64,000 nucleotides of DNA from Candidatus Poribacteria bacterium (GTDB lineage: Bacteria; Poribacteria; WGA-4E; GCA-2687025). Numbering within the stretch: position 1 is the first letter of the stretch; each line of letters opens with the position of its first letter. Positions 1 through 8,428 of the stretch are shown here, in pieces. The translations under genes and the position numbers were made by a program. The notes under the pieces were generated by a model that saw nothing but the letters and a program-made list of their open reading frames with translations, ran no database searches and had not been told where the DNA came from. The stretch lies in NCBI GenBank assembly GCA_963665845.2, contig OY762492.1, positions 1,792,001-1,856,000 of the forward strand, in the 5' to 3' direction.

Positions 1-595
1 CCGAGGCGTATTCCGCCGCGCTTTCGTACAGCTGAACGCTGATCTGTTCAAGCTGATCGGCAAGCTTTTGACTTGTCAGCTTCACCATCTCCGCTTTGGA
101 GATGTTGATGTCATGCCCCTCATCCTCTTTGGTGGCGGGGGTGAAGATCGGCGTCTCCAGCCGCTGCGATTCCAGCAAGCCCTTCGGCATCTCCTCGCCG
201 CAGACGGTTCCGCTTTGGCGGTATTCGCGCCACGCCGAACCGCTGATGTAGCCGCGCACGACGCACTCAATGTCGATCCGCTCCGCCTTTTGAACGCGCA
301 TGACGCGCCCTTCCAGCTGATCGCTGTACGCCTGAACGGCGGGCGGCATCTCCTCTATGTCGGCGGTGAGAAGATGATTCGGGACGATCCCGCCCGTATG
401 CTCAAACCAGAAGAGCGAGATGGCGGTGAGCGTCTGTCCCTTGCGCGGCACCGGGTTCGGCATGACGACGTCGTAGGCGGAAATGCGGTCGGTCGCCGCC
501 ATGAGCAGCGAGTCGCCCAGGTCGTACATATCGCGCACCTTGCCGCGCCGCCACAGGTTCAGGTCGGGGCAGTTTGTTTCTAGCAGGTCAGGCAT
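1..595 (-). CDS. purC: SAICAR synthetase (partial; runs off window start)
   Basis: Manual translation from ATG 595: MPDLLETNCPDLNLWRRGKVRDMYDLGDSLLMAATDRISAYDVVMPNPVPRKG, matching the PurC GKVRD and TDRISAxD motifs; RBS AAGGAG upstream. Not in the ORF track because the stop lies outside the window. Confidence 0.93.
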   Translation of the reverse strand, partial: MPDLLETNCPDLNLWRRGKVRDMYDLGDSLLMAATDRISAYDVVMPNPVPRKGQTLTAISLFWFEHTGGIVPNHLLTADIEEMPPAVQAYSDQLEGRVMRVQKAERIDIECVVRGYISGSAWREYRQSGTVCGEEMPKGLLESQRLETPIFTPATKEDEGHDINISKAEMVKLTSQKLADQLEQISVQLYESAAEYAS

Positions 596-724
596 GGCTC
601 ACTCCTTTGCATCGTATGTGCGGGTCGGTCTCTTGTCTTAACGATAGCGCGGCGCCCGGCGTTCCGTCTTGACAAATCCGGCCGTTTCGGCGATAACGTC
701 TCTGCGCCGTTCAATTTAGCAGGG

Positions 725-869
725 GGCGGTACGCTCAACAGGGATATTCGCGGCGATGGCGTTTGATCGGGAGATGCGCCTATTAAGATTCCCGCTTACG
801 CGGGAATGACGACCCCGAAAGCGGACGCATTCGGTTTAAAAAATAAAATCTCCGTATCAGCGTACCGCC
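725..869. mobile_element. 145-bp MITE-like element (family A) with 8-bp target-site duplication
   Basis: Ends GGCGGTACGCT...AGCGTACCGCC (perfect 11-bp IR, extending imperfectly); TAGCAGGG at both 717-724 and 870-877; internal REP-like hairpin at 787-810. Confidence 0.8.
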
Positions 870-885
870 TAGCAGGGAGGTCGGC

Positions 886-2013
886 ATGGATTCAACCATT
901 GTCTCGGTGAAACGGATCGTCTTGCAGGGTAAACGTCCGCGCGTCATCGGACGCAACGCGCGGCTGGATGTTCATGGTCAATACGCGCGCGATCCGATCG
1001 TCATGCTGGAAACCGATTCCGGTTTAAAAGGCTGGGGCTGGTCGCGCGCGTCTCAACAGGACGCGGAGCGCCTAATCGGAAAACGGGTCGGCGATCTGTT
1101 CAACCCAGAAAAAGGAACCGCGGACGAATATCTCATGTTCGACTTCCCGCTTTGGGATCTGGCGGGGCAGGCGCTCAACAAGCCTGTTTATGAGATGCTG
1201 GGCGGCGGCGGGGAGAATCCGGTCCCGGTGTACGACGGCTCCATCTACATCGACGAGATCGATCCTGAAACGGGCGCGGACGCGGGACTTCAGCCGATGC
1301 TGGACGCCGTTCAAGCCGGCTGGGACGCCGATCACCGCGCCTTCAAATTGAAGATCGGGCGCGGCAATAAATGGATGGAGAAACGGGCAGGCTTGAAACG
1401 CGACATCGACGTCATACGCGCCGTGCGTGAACAGATCGGACCCGACGCGCGCCTCATGGTGGACGCGAACAACGGGTATGAGCCGTCCGAAGCGCGGGAG
1501 GTCATGGTTCAGGCGGGCGACTGCGCCATCTACTGGTTTGAGGAGCCGTTCCCGGAGGATATTGAGAAAACGGCGGCGCTGCGGCGGTTCATACAGGAAG
1601 GCGGATGGGACACGCTCGTGGCGGACGGCGAAGGTTCAGAGCGGCGGGACGCGGAGTTCACCGAGATTGTGCGCGCGAGGGGCGTCGATATTGTCCAGTT
1701 CGACCTGCGCGCCTACACCTTGACGAAATGGCTGCGTTTTTGGCATGTCTTGGAGGAGGCGGACGCGCTTTACGCCCCTCACAACTGGGGTTCGCATCTG
1801 TCCGGTTTTTACATTCCGCAGATGGCGCGCGGTTTGCCCCGCTTTGCGATGGGAGAAACGGACATCATGACGATGGAGGGGGTTTGCGCAGAAGGCTACT
1901 CCTTGACGGAGGGTTATCGGAACGTTCCGGACGCTCCTGGCTTCGGTCTGACGCTGGATCCTGAGGTTGCCGAACGCGCGCTTCAGGCGGAGGATTCGTG
2001 GGTTGCGGAATGA
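886..2013 (+). CDS. Mandelate racemase/muconate-lactonizing enzyme family (enolase superfamily) protein
   Basis: KLK motif, metal ligands in MVDANNG, WFEEP and ADGE, C-terminal PDAPGFGL; RBS GGGAGG. Confidence 0.85.
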   Translation: MDSTIVSVKRIVLQGKRPRVIGRNARLDVHGQYARDPIVMLETDSGLKGWGWSRASQQDAERLIGKRVGDLFNPEKGTADEYLMFDFPLWDLAGQALNKPVYEMLGGGGENPVPVYDGSIYIDEIDPETGADAGLQPMLDAVQAGWDADHRAFKLKIGRGNKWMEKRAGLKRDIDVIRAVREQIGPDARLMVDANNGYEPSEAREVMVQAGDCAIYWFEEPFPEDIEKTAALRRFIQEGGWDTLVADGEGSERRDAEFTEIVRARGVDIVQFDLRAYTLTKWLRFWHVLEEADALYAPHNWGSHLSGFYIPQMARGLPRFAMGETDIMTMEGVCAEGYSLTEGYRNVPDAPGFGLTLDPEVAERALQAEDSWVAE

Positions 2014-2758
2014 CGCCGGACGCCTCTTGGAAAGTCTGCGCGCCGGCGGAACGGATGAAAGCGGCGTCGCTCCCAACGCCGACCATCAAAAAGCCCTGCT
2101 CAATGCGGCGGCGGGCGTCTTCGGCGTTTTGGGTCAAGATGCCCATCGGCATGTCCGCTTCGTTCGCTTTGGCGAGCGCCTCCGCAATCGCTTCGTCAAC
2201 AAGCGGATCGCCTGGACGGACGCCCATCGACCATGAAAGGTCGTTCGGACCGATGAAACCCGCCGTAACGCCAGGCGCTTTCAGTATTTTTGAGGCGCGT
2301 TGAACCGCATGGGCATGTTCAATCTGAACGATGACGGCGATTTCCTCATTCGCTTTCTCGACATAATCGGCTCCGTACACGGTCGCGCGGACGCCTGCCG
2401 CGATGGAGCGTTTGCCTTGCGGCGCGTATCGACAGGCGGCTGCCGCCGCTTCCGCCTCATGCTCGTCCATGACCATCGGGACGACGACGCCGAGCGCGCC
2501 CGTGTCCAGCGCCTGCTTGATGAGGCTGGGATTGTTCTCGCGGACGCGCGCCATCGGCGTGACGGGAGAGGCGGTCATCGCTTGAAAGCAGGAGAGAACC
2601 GTCTCAATGCTGACCGGCGTATGCTCCGTGTCAACGACGAGCCAATCCCACCCCTGCAGCGACATATACTCGGCGATGAGCGGCGAGCCGAGGCTGAGCC
2701 AGCTGCCGACGGCGGGCGTTTTCTGTTTCAGTTTACGGAGCGTTCCGTTGAGCCTCAT
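1865..2758 (-). CDS. HpcH/HpaI family class II aldolase
   Basis: DWLVVDTEH, RV...KQALDTGALG, VQIE and FIGPNDLS motifs; start set at MRLNGTL (2758) behind AGGAAAGG. The 3' end overlaps the convergent gene. Confidence 0.88.
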   Translation of the reverse strand: MRLNGTLRKLKQKTPAVGSWLSLGSPLIAEYMSLQGWDWLVVDTEHTPVSIETVLSCFQAMTASPVTPMARVRENNPSLIKQALDTGALGVVVPMVMDEHEAEAAAAACRYAPQGKRSIAAGVRATVYGADYVEKANEEIAVIVQIEHAHAVQRASKILKAPGVTAGFIGPNDLSWSMGVRPGDPLVDEAIAEALAKANEADMPMGILTQNAEDARRRIEQGFLMVGVGSDAAFIRSAGAQTFQEASGVIPQPTNPPPEARVRQPQDPASDRSQERPERSDNPPSRSSLLRKPPPSS

Positions 2759-2791
2759 CGGTTGCGCCTTTCCTGTTGTTGGGAATGATAC

Positions 2792-3598
2792 ATGAAGAAA
2801 CGCCTCGATGTACTGCTTGTTGAACGCGGTTTGTCGCCGTCCAGGGAGCGGGCGCGCCGGCGCATCTTGGCGGGCGAGGCGCGCGTGAACGGACAGACCG
2901 CCTCCAAGGCAGGCTTTTTGACGCCGGTCGATGCGCAAATAGAGCTGGTCGGGCGCGGCTTGCCGTACGTGAGCCGCGGAGGACTCAAGCTGGAACGCGC
3001 GCTGGATGTCTTCTCGGCCGACCCGAAAGGCAAGACGGTTCTGGACGCGGGCGCCTCAACAGGCGGCTTCACCGACTGCCTGCTGCAGCGCGGCGCGGCG
3101 TATGTGTACGCGCTGGATGTTGGATACGGACAGCTCGCGTGGAAACTGCGGAACGACCCGCGCGTTTGTCCGATGGAGCGGGTGAATGTGCGATATGCGC
3201 CGCGCGAAATGTTTGAACGCCCGCTGCAGATGGCGACAGCGGATCTGGCGTTCATCGGGTTGACGGCGGTGCTGCCTGTTTTTGCGGAGCTGCTGCCGGT
3301 CGGGGCGGATCTGATCGCGCTGGTGAAGCCGCAGTTTGAGGCGGGCAGGCGCGAGGTGGAGAAGGGGGGCGTCGTTCGGCGGAAGGAGACGCATCTGTCG
3401 GCGCTTCAACGCGCGGCGGCGCGCGGCGCGGACTGCGCCTTGGAGCCGGTCGCGTCGATCCATTCTCCCATCAAAGGTCCGGCGGGCAACATCGAATTCT
3501 TCATCCATTTTATTCGCCGAGAACGCCCCGCCGAATCTGCCCTGCCGCTTGCCGAGACGGTGGAGGAAGCGCACCGCGACCTAAACGCGCGGAAATGA
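2792..3598 (+). CDS. tlyA: TlyA family rRNA 2'-O-methyltransferase
   Basis: S4-like KRLDVLLVERG, YVSRGGLKL, LDAGASTGGFTD, LVKPQFE, GNIEF. Confidence 0.93.
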   Translation: MKKRLDVLLVERGLSPSRERARRRILAGEARVNGQTASKAGFLTPVDAQIELVGRGLPYVSRGGLKLERALDVFSADPKGKTVLDAGASTGGFTDCLLQRGAAYVYALDVGYGQLAWKLRNDPRVCPMERVNVRYAPREMFERPLQMATADLAFIGLTAVLPVFAELLPVGADLIALVKPQFEAGRREVEKGGVVRRKETHLSALQRAAARGADCALEPVASIHSPIKGPAGNIEFFIHFIRRERPAESALPLAETVEEAHRDLNARK

Positions 3599-3618
3599 AG
3601 ATGAAGGCGCGGATCGTT

Positions 3619-3866
3619 CCCCCTTGAAAAGGGGCTGGGGGTTTCCGCGGGCGCGGCGGCTGCGATGCCTTAAGATTCCCGCTTGCGCGGGAATGACGGC
3701 GGGTAGGGCGCGGATTCTAGACTCCCCCCTTGAAAAGGGGGGGTTTTCCGCGGGCGCGGCGGCTGCAATGCTTTAAGATTCCCGCTTGCGCGGGAATGAC
3801 GGCGGGTAGGGCGCGGGTTCTAGACTCCCCCCTTAAAAGGGGCTGGGGGGTTTTCCGCGGGCGCGG
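3619..3866. repeat. About 2.4 tandem copies of a ~103-bp unit (C/G hairpin + REP-like palindrome)
   Basis: GATTCCCGCTTGCGCGGGAATGAC at 3674 and 3777; CCCCCTT(G)AAAAGGGG at about 3619, 3724 and 3827; the intervening sequences are nearly identical. Confidence 0.9.
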
Positions 3867-3986
3867 ACGCTTTAGGGTTAAAATGAGAATTCCGTTTAAG
3901 CATACTGCCTCGATCCGCCAACGATTGCGCGGAGCGGCGCGTTCGTATAAGATGAACCCCAAATGAGCTTCTATGAGGAATCCGCC

Positions 3987-5027
3987 ATGAACGCGACCTA
4001 TCGCGAGCTGCGCGTCTCCAACGACGCCCTGAACGACCCGCCCGAACTTCGGCGGCGCATGGACGCCGAGGGGTATCTTTTCTTCAAACGGCTCCATAAC
4101 GTCGACCAGCTGCGCGAGCTGCGCCTGCAGATGATGACGCGCATTCAAAACGGGGGCTGGCTCCTGCCCGACACCGACCCCATGGACGGGATCGCCGATC
4201 CATCGAAGGCATGCACCGAAGGCGACATGAATTATACGGACGTCTACCATGAGGTGTATCAGCTGGAGGCGTTTCACCGCGCGGCGCACTGGCCGGAGAT
4301 CATGGATGTGATCGAGAAGATCATCGGCGGGCAAGCGCTGCCGCATCCGCAGAAGGTGGCGCGGCTTTGGTTTCCGCAATTCACCCAGCACACGACCCCC
4401 GCCCACCAAGATTTTGTCCATTTTCAGGGCAATTTTGAAACGTACACCGCATGGTCGCCGGTCGGCGACTGCCCGATTGAGCTGGGCGGACTTGCCGTTC
4501 TGCCGGGGTCGCATAAGGCGGGGCGCGTTTTGAATCACCGCTTCTCGCTTGGCGCGGGACAGCTGAAATTGACCGGCGACGATGAAACAGGCGACTGGAC
4601 GACGACCGATTATGAGATCGGCGACGCGCTCATCTTTCCCGCGCTCACGGTGCATCGCGCGCTGCCGAATTTAACGGAAGACCAGCTGCGGCTCTCGCTG
4701 GACAATCGATACCAAGCGAAAGAAGCGACCATCTCCGAGCATGTCTTGACGCCGCATCTGGACAGCTACAATCCTCTCACATGGGAGGAGGTGTATGCGG
4801 AGTGGGAATCGGACGAGCTGAAATATTACTGGGAAGGCGCCGGCGCGACCGTGATTCCTAAAGACAACCAGTACGCTCAAAAAGGGTTTGAAGACGCTGT
4901 TGAACTGGCGAAACAGGGGGACGAGGGCGCCCAGCTGCATCTGCGGCGCGCCGTTTTGAAAGACCCGAACTCGGCGGACGGCAAAGCGGCGCGCGCCATC
5001 TTGGAGCAGATCGGGGTCGAGATTTGA
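3987..5027 (+). CDS. Phytanoyl-CoA dioxygenase (PhyH) family 2OG-Fe(II) oxygenase
   Basis: TPAHQD (HxD), GGLAVLPGSH, GDALIF...TVHRALPN...RLSLD; start at 3987 behind GAGGA (alternative start 3963). Confidence 0.88.
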   Translation: MNATYRELRVSNDALNDPPELRRRMDAEGYLFFKRLHNVDQLRELRLQMMTRIQNGGWLLPDTDPMDGIADPSKACTEGDMNYTDVYHEVYQLEAFHRAAHWPEIMDVIEKIIGGQALPHPQKVARLWFPQFTQHTTPAHQDFVHFQGNFETYTAWSPVGDCPIELGGLAVLPGSHKAGRVLNHRFSLGAGQLKLTGDDETGDWTTTDYEIGDALIFPALTVHRALPNLTEDQLRLSLDNRYQAKEATISEHVLTPHLDSYNPLTWEEVYAEWESDELKYYWEGAGATVIPKDNQYAQKGFEDAVELAKQGDEGAQLHLRRAVLKDPNSADGKAARAILEQIGVEI

Positions 5028-6547
5028 AAAACGGAGCGGAAAAGCCGAATATCCTGATCGTCACGACCGATCAGCAGCGGGTCGATTCGCTCAGCTGCTA
5101 CGGAACCCCTTTCACCTCCACGCCGCACATCGACAGACTCGCGTCGGAAGGCGTCCGCTTCGACCGCGCTTACTGCCCAAACCCTGTCTGTACTCCCTCC
5201 CGCGTTTCGCTGTTCACCGGCAAGGCTGTGTCGCGGCATGGCGCATGGAATGTGGGCGTCCACGCGCGGGACGACGAACGCATGCTGTCGCATCTGCTCG
5301 CGGCGGAAGGTTATCAGACGCATTACATCGGCAAGGCGCATTTTCAGTCGTTCGGCTCTGCCGACCCGCTTTCTCAAGAACGGACGGGGCGGTGGGCGAA
5401 CGGGTATGAAGGGTGGAACGGTCCCTACTACGGATTTGAGACGGTGGAGCTTGCTCTTGGGCATGCGACGTACGGAATCAGCGGGCATTACGGAGAATGG
5501 GTCAGGCGGCATGCGAAGCCCGATGATCTAGACCGATGGCGGCGGGCGACGAATCTGCACGAGATCGGATTCGGCGGAAACGCTTTTGATTGGGAAATGC
5601 CGCTGGAATTTCATAACAGCGTCTGGACGGCGAACCGCGCCGAAGCGTTTCTCAAAGAGCGCGATTCGAACCGCCCTTTCTTTCTCGCTGTCGGCTTTCA
5701 AGATCCGCATCATCCGCATGCGGTCCCTGTTGAGCAGATCAACCGAGTCGACCCCGCGGACGTCCCGCTTCCCGACTACGACGAAGGCGAGCTGGAGGAC
5801 AAGCCGCCCCATTTTTTGGCGGCGCATGAAGGGCGTCTTGGCGCGTCAGACGCGCGGGGGCGATTTCATGTGGCGGGTCAAGGCGCCGGATGCGACTATC
5901 GGCGCGTGACCGAAAAAGACGCGCGGCTTGGACGCGCCTACTACTATTCGATGGTCAAGCTGATCGACGCGCAGTTTGGGCGCATTCTCGATACGCTGGA
6001 TGACCTGAACCTGGCGAACGACACGCTCATCGTCTTCACAACCGATCATGGCGAACTGTTAGGCGACCATGGGCTTTGGATGAAGGGTCCGTTCCATTAT
6101 GAACCGCTGGCGCGGATACCTTTTATTGTGCGTTGGCCCGCCCGCGTCCCAGGCGGGCGAGCTTGCGGCGATCTTGTCAATTTGATCGATGCCGCGCCGA
6201 CATGCCTGTCCGCCATGGGTACGGCGCCGCCGTCTGACATGGACGGAATCGACCTGCTGCCGACTCTCTTGGGCGAAGACGAAAATCAACGCGCCGCCGC
6301 GATCATAGAGATGACCGACGACCCGAACGCGCTGCGCCTCAAAACGCTCGTAACCCAAAACCGAAAACTGACGCGGTACGCCGGGCAAACATACGGCGAA
6401 CTGTACGACTTAGAAAACGACCCGCGCGAAAAAATCAACCGATGGAACGACCCGACATACGCCGGCGAAAAGGCGGCTCTCCTGAACCAGCTGCTGGACG
6501 CCTATGAGCCGCTTGAACGGCGCGAAACTCGACACTGCTACGCATAA
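5024..6547 (+). CDS. Formylglycine-dependent sulfatase
   Basis: PNILIVTTDQ, CTPSR (CxPxR), GKAH, DPHHP, TTDHGE. Confidence 0.92.
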   Translation: MKNGAEKPNILIVTTDQQRVDSLSCYGTPFTSTPHIDRLASEGVRFDRAYCPNPVCTPSRVSLFTGKAVSRHGAWNVGVHARDDERMLSHLLAAEGYQTHYIGKAHFQSFGSADPLSQERTGRWANGYEGWNGPYYGFETVELALGHATYGISGHYGEWVRRHAKPDDLDRWRRATNLHEIGFGGNAFDWEMPLEFHNSVWTANRAEAFLKERDSNRPFFLAVGFQDPHHPHAVPVEQINRVDPADVPLPDYDEGELEDKPPHFLAAHEGRLGASDARGRFHVAGQGAGCDYRRVTEKDARLGRAYYYSMVKLIDAQFGRILDTLDDLNLANDTLIVFTTDHGELLGDHGLWMKGPFHYEPLARIPFIVRWPARVPGGRACGDLVNLIDAAPTCLSAMGTAPPSDMDGIDLLPTLLGEDENQRAAAIIEMTDDPNALRLKTLVTQNRKLTRYAGQTYGELYDLENDPREKINRWNDPTYAGEKAALLNQLLDAYEPLERRETRHCYA

Positions 6548-6558
6548 AAAGGAGAACG

Positions 6559-7929
6559 ATGCCTCTCAACGTTTTATGGATCTACGGCGAAGACCTGTCC
6601 CCCGACATCGCATGCTACGGAACCCCCGCCGTTCAAACGCCGAACATCGACCGTCTTGCCGCGGAGGGCGCGCTTTATACGAACGCTTTTGTTACATGCC
6701 CCGTCTGCTCTCCGAGCCGATCCGCTCTCATCACGGGTACTTATCAAACCTCCTTTGGGGCGCATCAGCACCGCAGCAAGCGCAACTCGCCGCTTCCTGA
6801 GCATATGGAGCTGATAACAGATCGGTTCCGCGCGGCGGGTTATTTCACCTCAAACAGCCCCGGCCCGCCCTTCAACCGCCGCGGGAAAACCGACTTCAAC
6901 TTCAACGCGCCGAACCCGTTCGACGGGATCGACTGGAGCGAACGCGCCGCCGACCAGCCGTTTTACGCGCAATGCAACATTCCGGACACGCACCGCGTTT
7001 TCACGCGCGATCCAGAGCGGCCTGTCGATCCAGAGGCGGTTGAGCTTCCGCCCTATTATCCCGACCATCCGCTGACGCGGGCGGATTGGGCGCGGTATCT
7101 TGAAAGCGTTCAGGTTGTCGACCGAAAGCTGGGGCAGATTTTGGCGCGTCTTGACGAAGAAGGGTTGGCGGACAATACCGCCGTCTTCTTTTTAAGCGAC
7201 CATGGACGGGCGCATCCGCGCTGCAAGCAGTTTCTGTACGACGGCGGCATACGCATTCCTCTCATCGCCCGCATCCCCGGCGGAGAAAGAGGCGTCGTGA
7301 AGGACGATCTTGTCAGCGGAGTCGATCTGGCGCCGACATCCCTCTCCCTCGTCGGCCTTCCGATTCCAGGTTATATGGAGGGCGCGCCGTTCCTCGGCGC
7401 GGACGCCCAGACGCGCGACTACATCGTCGCGGCGCGCGACCGATGCGACGGAACGGACGACCGCATTCGCTGCATACGAACGAAAACGCATAAATATATC
7501 CGCAACTTCCATCCCGAACGCCCGTATCTGCAGTTCAACGCTTACAAAAAACTGCAGTATCCCGTTCTGGCGCTGATGGAGGTTTTTCGGGACGTCGGCG
7601 GGCTGAACGAGGCGCAGCTGCCGTTCATGGCAAACGAACGGCCTGAGGAGGAGCTGTACGACCTTCAGAACGACCCGCATGAGACGGCGAACCTTGCCGA
7701 CGGCGCTGAAAGTCAAGAGACGCTGCGCTCCCTTCGGCAAACGCTTGATGAATGGATCCGCGATACGGCCGATCAAGGCGAGACGCCTGAAGACCCTACT
7801 GTCGCCGCGGAAGAGGATGAGAAGATGCGGGCGTCTTATGAAGGCGGGATGGAGCGGCGCAGCCTCCCAACCGACATTTCGCCTGAAGCGTATCTCAACT
7901 GGTGGCTGGAGCAGTTTGGGTGGGGTTGA
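6559..7929 (+). CDS. Formylglycine-dependent sulfatase
   Basis: CSPSR, LSDHG, EELYDLQNDPHE; RBS AAGGAG. Confidence 0.92.
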   Translation: MPLNVLWIYGEDLSPDIACYGTPAVQTPNIDRLAAEGALYTNAFVTCPVCSPSRSALITGTYQTSFGAHQHRSKRNSPLPEHMELITDRFRAAGYFTSNSPGPPFNRRGKTDFNFNAPNPFDGIDWSERAADQPFYAQCNIPDTHRVFTRDPERPVDPEAVELPPYYPDHPLTRADWARYLESVQVVDRKLGQILARLDEEGLADNTAVFFLSDHGRAHPRCKQFLYDGGIRIPLIARIPGGERGVVKDDLVSGVDLAPTSLSLVGLPIPGYMEGAPFLGADAQTRDYIVAARDRCDGTDDRIRCIRTKTHKYIRNFHPERPYLQFNAYKKLQYPVLALMEVFRDVGGLNEAQLPFMANERPEEELYDLQNDPHETANLADGAESQETLRSLRQTLDEWIRDTADQGETPEDPTVAAEEDEKMRASYEGGMERRSLPTDISPEAYLNWWLEQFGWG

Positions 7930-7938
7930 CGCGACAGC

Positions 7939-8397
7939 TTGGGAGAAGTTTTTTGGCGTCGCAAAAAGCTGTTGTACCGAGAGAACGACCATGCTAGAAT
8001 GGACGCAGACGGCATGAACGGTCTGGAAACGAAGTTTCTGAAACGCCGAAAGAAACGATCCTGCAATGCAACGACTGAAAAAACTCATGTCCGCGCTTCT
8101 CGGACGAACCGACCGTCATGATGTGTCCGCTGTACCCCTTCCCCGCGTCAGATTGAGCCGGATGGAATGATGGTCCTCTACGAGCCGGCCACAATGGTTG
8201 ATCTAAAAAAGGGCTTCGTTTACTACGGCTACGCCGAATCAAAATTGGCGCCTGGCAAGTGGAAGGCTTGGGGCAAGGCGAAACGGTCCGACGAAGATCA
8301 AACAGAAGAGCGGGCGTTCCCGGATGAGTGGGACGAAGGCATCAACTATCCCACATCCGGGCCCAAGATTATTAGAGACATTGACATCCTTAAATGA
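7939..8397 (+). pseudogene. Probable gene remnant, similar to the C-terminal part of the 61213-61927 protein
   Basis: ORFs 7939-8121 and 8167-8397 are in the same frame, separated by one TGA (8119-8121). LKKGFVYYGYAESKLAPGKW and EGINYP align with LEKSFFYAVEAYTSITGGQF and EASNYP of the 61 kb protein. Confidence 0.45.
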
Positions 8398-8428
8398 AGC
8401 AGGGCGTCAACAGAAAGGAGATTCGACC

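Noticed and set aside
3619-3866. Possible CRISPR array
   Set aside because: The intervening sequences are near-identical rather than unique spacers, there are fewer than three full units, and no cas genes are present.
8119-8121. Selenocysteine or recoded TGA
   Set aside because: TGA is the normal stop in many genes here, and I could not identify a SECIS-like hairpin or a redox motif context.
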